DNA of 42,058 nucleotides from the IMG/VR virus record IMGVR_UViG_3300045988_049432; one strand, given 5' to 3'. The translations under genes and the position numbers were made by a program. Position 1 is the stretch's first letter. Each line of letters starts with the position of its first letter. This document shows positions 23,641 to 34,066 of this stretch, piece by piece. Below the pieces are notes generated by a model. That model worked only from the letters and a program-made list of their open reading frames with translations. It ran no database searches and was not told the origin of the DNA. The DNA is from a virus.

Positions 23641-26508
23641 TTGGATATTTTTTCGTTGGTCGGAAAAATAACGATCAATTACGCTGATGCGGTGAACAAC
23701 ATTGAAAAGGTTTCAAAGTCTGCAAAGGACACAGCTGAAACACTGGAAGATGTTGATAAAAAGGCAGATGGTGCAGGTGATTCAGTAGAAGATGCCGGAC
23801 AAGCTGCCAAGAATGCAGACAGTGGATTTACGACATGGAAAGCCACGCTTGCGAATTTAGCATCTACAGCAATCACAAAAGTAATTTCAGGATGTACACA
23901 GTTAGCTGAAAAAATGGCAGATGTGACAAAATCAGCGGTTGGTCACTATGCTGAATATGAACAGTTGGTTGGTGGTGTTGAAACACTATTCAAAGACAGT
24001 TCCGGTAAACTGATTGACTATGCTGAAAAGGCATATAAGACAGCCGGGATGAGTTCAAATCAGTACATGAATACAGCAACGTCATTTGCTGCTTCACTGA
24101 TTCAGGGTCTTGGCGGTGATACTGCAAAAGCGGTTGAACTGACCAACCTTGCTATCACAGATATGTCAGATAACGCTAACAAGATGGGTACTGACATAGG
24201 TTCTATACAGGACGCTTATCAGGGTTTTGCAAAGCAAAATTATACGATGTTGGATAACCTGAAACTTGGTTATGGTGGTACACAGTCTGAAATGATCAGA
24301 TTGATAAATGATTCAGGTGTACTTGGTGAAAAGATTGAAAGTTTGGATAACGTAACGTTTGACCAAATGATTGAAGCTATTCACAAGATTCAAGATAACT
24401 TAGGTATAACCGGAACAACAGCACTTGAAGCAGGTACTACAATATCAGGTTCATGGAGTTCAGTACAGGCATTGTTTGAAAATATCCTTACAAAAGTAGG
24501 TTCAAAACTTGCACCTACTGTTATGGGATTTTTACAGCAGTTGTCAGACTGGATGGAAACAATAGACTGGGATGCGTTTGCAACGTCTGTCGGTGATGCC
24601 CTACAAAGGGTATTTGACTGGATTCAAAAAATTGATTTTACAACATTCTTTGAAAAAGGAATGGACGGTGTTGAAAACTTCCTTGAAAAACTAGGTGGTC
24701 TTATTGAAGATGTGCCTAAGATTATTCAAACGTTCAAGGATTGGTCACCGCTTATAGCCGGAGTTGCTGCCGGGTTCGTAACCTTAAAGGTTGCAATGGC
24801 AATATCATCATTGATTAGTACCATAACAGCAGCATGGACAGCATACAAAACAGCAAACGAAGGTGCTACTATTGCACAGTGGCTTTTCAATGCTGCATTA
24901 AATGCTAACCCTATAGTTCTTATAGTCACGCTTGTGGCAGGGCTTGTGGTTGCACTGATCACATTATGGAATACCAATGATGGATTCAGAGAAGCAGTCA
25001 CAAATGCTTGGGAAAAAATAAAGGAAGTCTTTGGTACGGTTATTGACGCTATCAAAGGCTTTTTTAGTGGATTGGTGGAGAAAGTACAGACTGCATGGGA
25101 ATCTGTAAAAGAAGCAGTAAGTACCGCCATTGAAGCAATCAAAGGATTCTTCACAGGTTTAGTTGATTCAATCAAACAGGCTTGGGAGAACATCAAAACG
25201 GCAATATCTGAAAAAATAGATGCCATAAAAGAAACAGTAACCAATGTGTTTACTGCAATAGCTGATACTGTAAGTGCAGTGTGGGAAACAATCAAGAATG
25301 CGGTACAGGTTGCCATCATGTTTATTGGTGAAATCATCAGTGCTGCATTTCAGATCATCACAATGCCTTGGATGTTTATATGGGAAAACTGCAAGGAATA
25401 TATCATTGCAGCTTGGGAGTTTATCAAGAACGCTGTATCAACAGCCCTTGATGCAATCTCAACCACCATCAGCAATATTTGGAATGCTATTGTTGGATTC
25501 CTGACCCCTATATTGGACGGTATTAAAAATACCTTTACAACAATATGGGAAGCAATAAAAACAGCGGTATCAACCGCAATCAACAACATTCAGACGGTTA
25601 TTACAACCGTATGGAATGCCATTGTTTCATTCCTTAAGCCAATACTGGAAGGTATCAAGAATACATTTACAACTGTATGGAATGCGATAAAATCAACCAT
25701 TTCTACAGTGCTGAATGCGATTCAGACTACGATTACAAATATTTGGAATGCAATCAAAACGACTGTGACCAATGTGATCAATTCGATTAAGTCAGTAATC
25801 AGCAGTGTGTTCAATGCAATTAAGTCTACTATTTCAAGTATACTGAACAGCATTAAATCAACCTTTACAAGTGTTTGGAACAGTATTAAGTCAACGGTAT
25901 CTAATGTGATCAACGGTGTGAAGTCCACTATTTCAAATGGTCTGAATGCTGCAAAATCCACAGTATCAAATATACTTGGTGCAATTAAGGAAAAGTTCAG
26001 CAGCATCTTTGAAGGTGCAAAGAACATTGTAAGTAACGCTATAAACAGAATTAAAAGTTTCTTCAATTTTTCGTGGTCATTGCCGCATTTGAAATTACCA
26101 CATATTTCAATCAGTGGTTCTTTCAGCTTGACACCGCCAAGTGTACCGCACTTTGGTATTGACTGGTATAAGAAAGCAATGGACGATGGTATGATCATGA
26201 ATCAGCCGACTATTTTCGGTTACAATGCTAAGTCAAATCAGTTCTTGGCAGGTGGTGAAGCCGGAAGTGAAACGGTTGTCGGAACACAAAGCCTTATGGA
26301 TATGATCAGGGTAGCGGTTAATGAGGAAAACGCTTCATTACTGGAAAAACTTGACCGGATTCTTACAATCCTTGAAAGTTATATGCCTTTCATTCCACAG
26401 CTTGCGAACCTGAAACTGGTAACAGATACAGGAGTGCTTGCAGGTGAACTTGCCCCGGCAATGGATGAAGAACTTGGTAAGATTTTTGATAAGGAAGGGA
26501 GAAGATAA
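23641..26508 (+). CDS. Tape measure protein
   Basis: 955 aa with a TTG start after GGGGGTGG. A hydrophobic central block is followed by a long run of ~11-residue periodic repeats (..IKxTFTxVWNAIKSTIS..) over roughly nt 25000-26000. Confidence 0.85.
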   Translation: MDIFSLVGKITINYADAVNNIEKVSKSAKDTAETLEDVDKKADGAGDSVEDAGQAAKNADSGFTTWKATLANLASTAITKVISGCTQLAEKMADVTKSAVGHYAEYEQLVGGVETLFKDSSGKLIDYAEKAYKTAGMSSNQYMNTATSFAASLIQGLGGDTAKAVELTNLAITDMSDNANKMGTDIGSIQDAYQGFAKQNYTMLDNLKLGYGGTQSEMIRLINDSGVLGEKIESLDNVTFDQMIEAIHKIQDNLGITGTTALEAGTTISGSWSSVQALFENILTKVGSKLAPTVMGFLQQLSDWMETIDWDAFATSVGDALQRVFDWIQKIDFTTFFEKGMDGVENFLEKLGGLIEDVPKIIQTFKDWSPLIAGVAAGFVTLKVAMAISSLISTITAAWTAYKTANEGATIAQWLFNAALNANPIVLIVTLVAGLVVALITLWNTNDGFREAVTNAWEKIKEVFGTVIDAIKGFFSGLVEKVQTAWESVKEAVSTAIEAIKGFFTGLVDSIKQAWENIKTAISEKIDAIKETVTNVFTAIADTVSAVWETIKNAVQVAIMFIGEIISAAFQIITMPWMFIWENCKEYIIAAWEFIKNAVSTALDAISTTISNIWNAIVGFLTPILDGIKNTFTTIWEAIKTAVSTAINNIQTVITTVWNAIVSFLKPILEGIKNTFTTVWNAIKSTISTVLNAIQTTITNIWNAIKTTVTNVINSIKSVISSVFNAIKSTISSILNSIKSTFTSVWNSIKSTVSNVINGVKSTISNGLNAAKSTVSNILGAIKEKFSSIFEGAKNIVSNAINRIKSFFNFSWSLPHLKLPHISISGSFSLTPPSVPHFGIDWYKKAMDDGMIMNQPTIFGYNAKSNQFLAGGEAGSETVVGTQSLMDMIRVAVNEENASLLEKLDRILTILESYMPFIPQLANLKLVTDTGVLAGELAPAMDEELGKIFDKEGRR

Positions 26509-26511
26509 GCC

Positions 26512-27207
26512 TTGATTCAGGGTATTACATTTGGAATTAAACACAGTTATGAAGATTTTGGGCTTATCCTTTCTTCAAAAGAAATCGGATTGCCTACACC
26601 TAAAACAGAATCAGTCAGTGTAATTGGTCGTAATGGTGACCTTGATCTGACTGATGCGTTGGGTGATGATGTGAAGTTTGAAAACAGGAAGTTATCATTT
26701 ACTTTTTCCCTGTTAAATGGTGCAAGAGATTGGACTGCAACACTTTCCAATCTTTCCAACTATCTGCATGGTAAGAAGATGCGTATTGTTATGGACGCTG
26801 ATAAAACTTTTTATTACTGGGGACGGTGTACAATCAATAAATTCAAAACAGATCGTACACTTGCCATTATCACAGTTGATTGTGATGTTGAACCATACAA
26901 GATTGAAACAAATTCAGCAAGTGAACCGTGGCTGTGGGATGTATTCAGTTTTGTCAATGGTATTATCCATGTAAATGAAGTGAAAGTAAGCGGAAGTAAA
27001 AAAGTAAATCTGATTAATCGTGTCAAGATTGTATCACCGACATTTACCTGTTCAACAGCTATGAAGGTGACACACGAAGGTAATACTTATAGTTTACCTG
27101 CCGGGGAAACAACAGTTTATGATATTCGTTTACAGGAAGGTGATAACTATGTGACATTTACCGGAAACGGTACAGTCAAGATCAGTTACAGAGGGGGTTC
27201 ATTGTAA
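26512..27207 (+). CDS. Distal tail protein (Dit)
   Basis: 231 aa directly after the tape measure. Confidence 0.65.
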   Translation: MIQGITFGIKHSYEDFGLILSSKEIGLPTPKTESVSVIGRNGDLDLTDALGDDVKFENRKLSFTFSLLNGARDWTATLSNLSNYLHGKKMRIVMDADKTFYYWGRCTINKFKTDRTLAIITVDCDVEPYKIETNSASEPWLWDVFSFVNGIIHVNEVKVSGSKKVNLINRVKIVSPTFTCSTAMKVTHEGNTYSLPAGETTVYDIRLQEGDNYVTFTGNGTVKISYRGGSL

Positions 27208-29867
27208 TGTACAGAGTATTATGTGATGGACTGCCTATTTATGATTTACGTGATGAAAACCTTGTTTTGATTGACCCTAAACTTGATTTAGAGGTCAACA
27301 AAGCAGGGTCTTTTAGTTTTAAGATGCCACCACAGCACCCACAATATGAATTACCACAAAAAATGCTGTCATGCATTCAGGTATTTCAGGATGAAGAAGA
27401 AGTGTTTAATGGCAGAATTACAGAATGCAAAATTGATTTTTATAACCGTAAACATTTTACTTGTGAGGGTCAGCTTGCATATCTGAATGACAGTATACAA
27501 AGACCTGCTGAATATCATGATATGACAGTCAGGGGTTATTTAGAATCATTGATTACATCACACAATGAGCAGGTAAAAAAAGATAGACAGTTCAAGGTTG
27601 GTATTGTCACGGTAACAGATAATAATGATTCATTGTACAGGTACACGAATTACAACAGTACCATGAAAGAAATCAAGGAAGATTTGGTTGACGATCTTGG
27701 TGGTTATTTACGTGTAAGGAATGTCAATGGAACAGCTTATTTGGACTATATAAGTGATTATGACAATGTAAGTACACAAAGTATTGAGTTTGGTGAAAAT
27801 CTACTTGATTTCAGCAGAAATACAAATGTGTCAGATATTGCAACGGTATTTATTCCACTTGGTGCAAAACTGGAAGAAAGTCCAATAGCTGCACTTGAAC
27901 AGCGGTTGACTATTGAAAGTGTAAATAATGGGTCTGATTCACTTGTAAATTTGGACGCTGTAAAGAAATTTGGTTATATAACCAAAACTATTACTTGGGA
28001 TGAAGTTACAACACCAAAAATGTTGTTATATAAAGCAAATAAGTACATTGCTGATTATCAGTGGGATAGTATGACACTGGAAGTAAACGCTGTTGATATG
28101 CACTGGACTGATGCAGATATAGAACAGTTTAAACTTGGTGATAAGATCAAGGCACATTCTTCACTGCATGGACTTGATCGGTATTTCCCATTGTCGAAAA
28201 TGTCAATACAGCTTAACAATCTATCAAGTAGTAAATTCACACTCGGTACAGTAGTTAATACAAAACTTACTGCAAAATCACAGACTATTTCAAATACTGC
28301 ATCAAAGGCAGTTGAAACAATACCTGTACCGTCTGCTATAGTAAAACAGGCGGTTGATCAGGCAACAGCACTGATTACAGCAGCAACACATGGTCATGTG
28401 GTAACCACAGCCAACGAACAGTTAATCATGGACACTAACGATGTAAACACAGCCCGGAAGGTGTGGCGGTGGAATCTGAACGGCCTTGGTTATTCGTCAA
28501 CCGGGTACAATGGAACGTATAAGACCGCTATCACAATGGATGGTCAGATTGTTGGTGAAAGATTGGTTGGTGGCTCTGTATCTGCTGAAAAACTTGATAT
28601 TACTTACAGAAATCAGGTTATAAAAGAAATAGCAGATGCAGAAGAATCAGCAAGATCAGATGCAGAAGATTACACTGACGTTGAGTTGAAAAAGTACTAT
28701 ACAAAAAGTGAAGTTGAAACAAGTATTAAAAATACCAAAGATTCTATTTTACTGTCAGCAAAAGAAACCGCAGAACAGTATGTTGACGGTAAACTGAAAA
28801 ACTATTCAACGTCAGCACAGATCAAGGTAAAGACAGATTCGATTGAATCAGAAGTTAAGAAAAAACTGAACAGTTCAGACCTGTCAACCAAGATTCAGCA
28901 AAATTCTTATGCAGTTAAAATTGCATGGAATAGTATCAGTAAATATATTCAATTTGAATATGGTGAAATGCGTATTTATGAGAGTACGACACAAAACAGT
29001 AACACACTGTTAATGTCAATGACCTCAACAGGTACATGGTACTACTATAAAGGTGCAACCATCGGTAAAATCGGTACTAACAGTTGGTCAGGTGATTCAA
29101 CTTTCAGAGGTCTGATGTTCGACTTACAGAACGGTGCTGACTATATGGGGTGGAGTTATCAGGATTCACCCGGAAGTAACTATTATGTAAAATTCATATA
29201 TTACGCAAATAACCGAAAAGAAAAACAAGGCTTACACGTAGGTGCAAACATTTATGTGTGGGGGTATTTGAGATTTAATGAAAGTGCAGGATTTTATAAT
29301 TATTCTGATAAAAGTATTAAACTATGGTCTGATAAAGATGTAAGCATTGGTAGTTCATCATCAACTTGCTGTACATTCACAGGTACATCTTTTCAGATTT
29401 ACAACAACAGAAGTATTGATTTCTACAGTCCATTAAACTTACATGGTTGGGGCTACACCAATAATTCAGATGTTCGATTGAAAACTAATATCAAGGACAC
29501 GGCAATCAGAGGTTTGGAAGTGGTGAATGCTATTGACCTTAAGGAATTTGACTGGATTCAGTCCGGTGAACATCAGGCTATAGGAATCATTGCACAGCAG
29601 ATTCAAAGTTTTGCACCTGAACTTATTTCAGAAGATGCATCTGACGGACACTTGAAACTTAACACAGATAAACTTGTATACTACTGTATTAAAGCTATAC
29701 AGGAATTATGTGAAAAAGAGGGAATGCGATACAGCAAACCTATTTATAAAGACCCTTACACTTATTTAGAAAAAAAGACGTTCATTGCAAAGATGCCAAG
29801 TCAAAAATATTTGGAATCTGAACCTTATGAGCGTGAACCTATTATTTTACCGAAAAGAAGGGAGTAA
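27207..29867 (+). CDS. Tail-associated protein (Tal-like) with a C-terminal S74 intramolecular-chaperone domain
   Basis: 886 aa. The C-terminus SDVRLKTNIKD...AIDLKEFDW...IGIIAQQIQSFAPELI...KLVYYCIKAIQEL matches the endosialidase chaperone (Peptidase_S74) pattern. Confidence 0.75.
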   Translation: MYRVLCDGLPIYDLRDENLVLIDPKLDLEVNKAGSFSFKMPPQHPQYELPQKMLSCIQVFQDEEEVFNGRITECKIDFYNRKHFTCEGQLAYLNDSIQRPAEYHDMTVRGYLESLITSHNEQVKKDRQFKVGIVTVTDNNDSLYRYTNYNSTMKEIKEDLVDDLGGYLRVRNVNGTAYLDYISDYDNVSTQSIEFGENLLDFSRNTNVSDIATVFIPLGAKLEESPIAALEQRLTIESVNNGSDSLVNLDAVKKFGYITKTITWDEVTTPKMLLYKANKYIADYQWDSMTLEVNAVDMHWTDADIEQFKLGDKIKAHSSLHGLDRYFPLSKMSIQLNNLSSSKFTLGTVVNTKLTAKSQTISNTASKAVETIPVPSAIVKQAVDQATALITAATHGHVVTTANEQLIMDTNDVNTARKVWRWNLNGLGYSSTGYNGTYKTAITMDGQIVGERLVGGSVSAEKLDITYRNQVIKEIADAEESARSDAEDYTDVELKKYYTKSEVETSIKNTKDSILLSAKETAEQYVDGKLKNYSTSAQIKVKTDSIESEVKKKLNSSDLSTKIQQNSYAVKIAWNSISKYIQFEYGEMRIYESTTQNSNTLLMSMTSTGTWYYYKGATIGKIGTNSWSGDSTFRGLMFDLQNGADYMGWSYQDSPGSNYYVKFIYYANNRKEKQGLHVGANIYVWGYLRFNESAGFYNYSDKSIKLWSDKDVSIGSSSSTCCTFTGTSFQIYNNRSIDFYSPLNLHGWGYTNNSDVRLKTNIKDTAIRGLEVVNAIDLKEFDWIQSGEHQAIGIIAQQIQSFAPELISEDASDGHLKLNTDKLVYYCIKAIQELCEKEGMRYSKPIYKDPYTYLEKKTFIAKMPSQKYLESEPYEREPIILPKRRE

Positions 29868-29872
29868 TTACC

Positions 29873-30112
29873 ATGAATGAAAATAATATGCCTTTGTCAC
29901 TTATGATGGAGAACGCAAAAGGTGCAATGACGGATGCATTTAATCAGATCGTTGAGCAGTCAAACCTTCCGGCTTATTTGTTGGAAGGTATCGTTGCTGA
30001 TCTTCTGTCTGAAATCCGAAAACAGAAAAACCTTGAATTGGTTTCTGATATGAACAGAATGAAACAGACTGAACACAGTGAACAGGAAGAAAAGAAAGAA
30101 GGTGCTGAATAA
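29873..30112 (+). CDS. Small acidic helical hypothetical protein
   Basis: 79-aa ORF between Tal and the fibre gene. Confidence 0.5.
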   Translation: MNENNMPLSLMMENAKGAMTDAFNQIVEQSNLPAYLLEGIVADLLSEIRKQKNLELVSDMNRMKQTEHSEQEEKKEGAE

Positions 30113-32253
30113 TGGCAAACATACAGCCTTATATTGATCAGATTTTAAATGCAGTATATGGTGAAGAGGTACGATCGTCTATTGTCAATGCACTTGAAAA
30201 AGTAAATGATGATAATAACTCTTACGCTGATCTGAAAAAAGAAGTAATTGCTGCAAAGGATGCGGTTGATAAAGATGTTGATGCAGTACAGCAGAAACTT
30301 AATGCTGCAAGTACTGCATTAACTAATTTGCAAAATGCTACAAGTGCAGCTAATACAGCGAAAACCAATTTGCAGAACGCTACGAATACAGCCAATACCG
30401 CAAAATCAAATCTGACCAGTGCAACAAGTACAGCGAATACCGCAAAAAGTAATGTTGAAGCAGCAACTAATGCTGCAAAAACAGCAATCAGCAATGCCAA
30501 TGCAGCAAAGACAAATCTTGAAAAAGTAATTACAAGTGCAACAACCACACAGAGTAATTTACAGGGTGTAATTGATAATGCAAATCAGATTAAGGGTCAG
30601 TTGGATAGTTCCAACGCTACAGCGGTAACATCAAAGAAAAATCTTGATTCTGCAATTTCTGATGCAAGTGTAGCAAAAAGTCAGCTTCAGGAAGTAATTA
30701 ACAGTGCAAGTTCAGTTAAAACTTCATTGTCTAATGTCATAAGTACAGCCAATACCGCAAAGTCAAACCTTGATGCATCTGTTGCAACAGCTAATAATGT
30801 ATTACAGTCACTAAGTGCGGAAAACGCAAGTGCTGCAAGTAATATTGATGAACTGAAAAGTGAAAACTTCAACAGTCAAGAAATTCTTTCAGGTGTGGCA
30901 GATATTCGTGCCTATTTGGGTATCACTGCTGATGATATTGTTGGTATTCAGGTCGATTACAAAAATAAAACATTCAAAAGACTTGCCGGAGCAGCCAACC
31001 TTACAAAAGGTTCTGATTTTGACAAGTTCACAATGTTTGGTGGTCGTAAACGCTGTAATGTTGCTGATGATGGTTCTATAGTAGCATGGTACGGTGATGC
31101 AGATTACAAAGAAGATGGTTCAATGGGGCAGGTAATGGTATATCAGCCAAAGTTCTATTATTTGGTGTGTCCTGTAGAGTATGACCCTATTGATACAGGC
31201 ATTGGTTACCACTTAAGAAAGGCAAACTATTATGTGTCAGAAAAGCCACGTGCAGGTTTCAGACTTCACCCGGCATTCTACGATGCATCAGGAAATGAAA
31301 TTGATTACTTCCTTACAAGTGCTTACGAAGGTAGTATTTACGATGCATCAGCAAGTGCATATCTGTTGAATGATGAACAGGTTATGAACACTGGTGAAGA
31401 TAAGTTCTCATCAATCGCAGGTGCAAGACCTGCATCCGGTTCTTCACAGAACCTTACAAGACCGAATATTGAAGCAATGGCACAGAATCGTGGAACAAAC
31501 TGGCATGGTGATCTGATTAAACAGGTATCTGCTGAACAGATGCTTATGATCATTGAAATGGGTATGATGAACTTACAGACCGCTATTGCACAGGGTGTTG
31601 TTTCCTTACCTTGGACTACAGGAAGTGACACAACAAGTTCATATGCAGCTGCAACCGGAAGTACAGCAAGCCTTGGAAATGGTACAGGTAGGGCAGAGAA
31701 AACAACCACTTATGAGGGTGGTGTCGCTAAAGAGTACACGGTTGACGGTAAGACTTCTGTATGTTGGAGAGGTAAAGAAAACTTTTGGGGCAACATTTGG
31801 AAATTTGTCTATGGTATCAATATTTGGGGCAATAGAAAAATGGGCGGTGGTCAGCCTTATATTTGTTCTGATTTCAGTTTTGCAGAATCAAAGAACAGCG
31901 GAAACTATGAACCTGCCGGCTTCACAGTAACAAACGCAAACGGTTATATTTCAGCAATGGGGTATTCAACAGCTTGCGACTGGTTATTTATTGCGTCAGA
32001 ATGCCTTGGTAACAGTTCATTACCTGTTGGTGATTACACATATATCACTGTCAACTTGAACGGTTACCGTATCGCTCGATTGGGCGGTAGTTGGGATTAT
32101 GGCGGTAGTGCGGCCGGTTTCTCTTGGGCTCTGGATAGCGGTGTTGGTTATCGTAATCGGAATATCGGGGGTCGCTTGGTATATATTCCAACACGTGATT
32201 CTGCTACTTATACCGCTGCAATCGAAGCATGGAAGCAGAAAATGGCAGCTTAA
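30112..32253 (+). CDS. Tail fibre / receptor-binding protein; DGR target with a C-terminal C-type-lectin-fold variable region
   Basis: The N-terminus has ANTAK(S/T)NL-type Ala/Thr/Asn repeats. The C-terminus has FWGNIWKFVYG and GGSWDYGGSAAGFSWALDSGVGYRNRNIGGRL, which contains the VR. Confidence 0.85.
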   Translation: MANIQPYIDQILNAVYGEEVRSSIVNALEKVNDDNNSYADLKKEVIAAKDAVDKDVDAVQQKLNAASTALTNLQNATSAANTAKTNLQNATNTANTAKSNLTSATSTANTAKSNVEAATNAAKTAISNANAAKTNLEKVITSATTTQSNLQGVIDNANQIKGQLDSSNATAVTSKKNLDSAISDASVAKSQLQEVINSASSVKTSLSNVISTANTAKSNLDASVATANNVLQSLSAENASAASNIDELKSENFNSQEILSGVADIRAYLGITADDIVGIQVDYKNKTFKRLAGAANLTKGSDFDKFTMFGGRKRCNVADDGSIVAWYGDADYKEDGSMGQVMVYQPKFYYLVCPVEYDPIDTGIGYHLRKANYYVSEKPRAGFRLHPAFYDASGNEIDYFLTSAYEGSIYDASASAYLLNDEQVMNTGEDKFSSIAGARPASGSSQNLTRPNIEAMAQNRGTNWHGDLIKQVSAEQMLMIIEMGMMNLQTAIAQGVVSLPWTTGSDTTSSYAAATGSTASLGNGTGRAEKTTTYEGGVAKEYTVDGKTSVCWRGKENFWGNIWKFVYGINIWGNRKMGGGQPYICSDFSFAESKNSGNYEPAGFTVTNANGYISAMGYSTACDWLFIASECLGNSSLPVGDYTYITVNLNGYRIARLGGSWDYGGSAAGFSWALDSGVGYRNRNIGGRLVYIPTRDSATYTAAIEAWKQKMAA
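32071..32182 (+). repeat. DGR variable repeat (VR)
   Basis: 112 nt align without gaps to 32338-32449. There are 23 mismatches, all at TR adenines. Confidence 0.9.
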
Positions 32254-32337
32254 AATGTAACTTGTAAACTTGATTCATTAGGTTGAAAGAACTTCTGATA
32301 TTTTCGTTATTTACCTGTAGCGGAAACCATTAAAAAA

Positions 32338-32449
32338 ATCACTCAATTAGGCAGTAATTGGAATAATGGCAGTAATGCAGCCAGTTTCTATTGGAATCTG
32401 AATAACAGTGTTGGTAATCGTAATCGGAATATCAGGGGTCACTTAATAA
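32338..32449 (+). repeat. DGR template repeat (TR)
   Basis: Non-coding copy of the VR, rich in AAT/AAC codon equivalents (..GSNWNNGSNAASFYWNLNNSVGNRNRN..). It lies 205 nt upstream of the RT. Confidence 0.9.
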
Positions 32450-32655
32450 TTGCAAAACATAGCCGGGTGGAAACATCCGGCTATTTCTATAAACTGTATA
32501 GTTCTTTCAACCATGCCACTAGGCAAAAAAGAAAAATAGACGGTGCAGACAACCCAACCGGGAATACCGTCTTACTTACGAACAATAAGGAAAGGTCAAC
32601 CGTATTTACCGGGCAGTAATGCCGACTGAAATTCGGACAATGCAAATACCAAGGA

Positions 32656-33786
32656 ATGAAACGCTATGATCACTTATATGAAAAGATTCATGACCTTGAA
32701 AATTTAAGAAAAGCACACCAACACGCAAAGAAAGGAAAAGGTTGGTACAGAGAAGTTCAGGAGATTGACAAAGAACCTGACAAGTACCTGAAACAGATTC
32801 AGGAAATGCTTATCAACCACACTTACAAAACATCTGATTATGAGGTGTTTTATAAACAGGACGGTAAGAAGTTAAGGAAGATTTACAAACTGCCTTATTT
32901 CCCTGACAGAATTTGTCAGTGGGCTATCTTACAGGTCATTGAACCCTGTATCATCAATAACTTAACCGCTGATACCTATTCAGCAATACCAAACAGAGGT
33001 ATACACAAGGGTCTGACAAAATTGCAAACAGCAATGTGGAATGACCAGGAAGAATGCAAGTATTGTTTAAAACTGGACGCAAGACATTATTATCAGTCAA
33101 TCAACCACGATCTTCTGAAAGAGAAGTATTCAAGAATGTTCAATGATGATGAACTATTGTGGTTATTGAATGAAATCATTGACAGCATTGAAACAGCAGA
33201 GATCGAGGACTTATCAGCAATCTATCTGTTGGAAGAAGATATTGACCCTGAAACTGGTATACCGATAGGAAATTACTTATCACAGTATTCAGGCAACTAT
33301 TATTTTTCAAGTTTTGATCACTGGATAAAAGAACAGAAGCACGTTAAATACTACTTCCGTTATATGGACGATATAGTTATTTTTGGCAAGACGAAAGAAG
33401 AACTGATTGCCTTGAAGAAAGAGATTGATATTTATTTCAGGAATGAACTGAAATTGAATATAAAAGGAAACTGGCAGGTGTTCCCATCTTACATAAGAGG
33501 TGTTGACTTCTTAGGTTACAGAACATTTTACAAGTATACATTACTTAGAAAAAGCACCTGTTTGGAAATGGAAAAGAAAATGACCGCTATCAGGAACAAA
33601 GTAGAAGCCGGGAACATGATGAACTATTCAGAGTGGTGTTCAATCAATTCTTACAAAGGTTGGTTGAAATATGCTGATACTTTCCGGCTGTATCAAAAGT
33701 ATGTTGTACCGCTGTTACCTTATGCGGATGATTATTATATACGCAACATAAAACCAAACACAAAGAAAGGATTGAATGCAGCATGA
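32656..33786 (+). CDS. DGR reverse transcriptase
   Basis: FPDRICQWA, the DGR-type motif 4 PIGNYLSQ, the catalytic RYMDDIVIF, then FLGY. Confidence 0.9.
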   Translation: MKRYDHLYEKIHDLENLRKAHQHAKKGKGWYREVQEIDKEPDKYLKQIQEMLINHTYKTSDYEVFYKQDGKKLRKIYKLPYFPDRICQWAILQVIEPCIINNLTADTYSAIPNRGIHKGLTKLQTAMWNDQEECKYCLKLDARHYYQSINHDLLKEKYSRMFNDDELLWLLNEIIDSIETAEIEDLSAIYLLEEDIDPETGIPIGNYLSQYSGNYYFSSFDHWIKEQKHVKYYFRYMDDIVIFGKTKEELIALKKEIDIYFRNELKLNIKGNWQVFPSYIRGVDFLGYRTFYKYTLLRKSTCLEMEKKMTAIRNKVEAGNMMNYSEWCSINSYKGWLKYADTFRLYQKYVVPLLPYADDYYIRNIKPNTKKGLNAA

Positions 33787-34049
33787 TTGATTATGGAAAA
33801 CAGAAAAGCACTGTCAGACCGGAAGAACTGGAACTGACAGAAACAAAAGTATTTGTCAGTTCCAATATCACAGAGGTGAACGAAGATGAAACTGACGGAC
33901 AGCCGGGATTTACCGGATATGAATTTGACCTTATCGAGTATGACAAGGACGAATACATTAAAATTCAGGCAGAAAAGAATGCTGATCTTGAAAATGAAAT
34001 TACACAGGCACAGATTGCTATGTGTGAAATCTATGAAATGATGGGATAA
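33783..34049 (+). CDS. Small acidic hypothetical protein
   Basis: ATGA overlap with the RT stop. 88 aa, strongly acidic. Confidence 0.5.
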   Translation: MIDYGKQKSTVRPEELELTETKVFVSSNITEVNEDETDGQPGFTGYEFDLIEYDKDEYIKIQAEKNADLENEITQAQIAMCEIYEMMG

Positions 34050-34066
34050 GAAAGAAGGTGTGAAGT

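Noticed and set aside
24726-25337. 203-aa minus-strand ORF inside the tape measure gene, plus similar ORFs at 25722..26198 and 30222..30548
   Set aside because: These are long antisense frames caused by the repetitive, codon-biased sense sequence. They have no RBS and lie wholly within strongly supported + strand genes.
29873-30112. Avd candidate upstream of the DGR target (and likewise 33783..34049 downstream of the RT)
   Set aside because: Both are strongly acidic, whereas Avd proteins are basic four-helix bundles. I keep them as hypothetical proteins until a profile search says otherwise.
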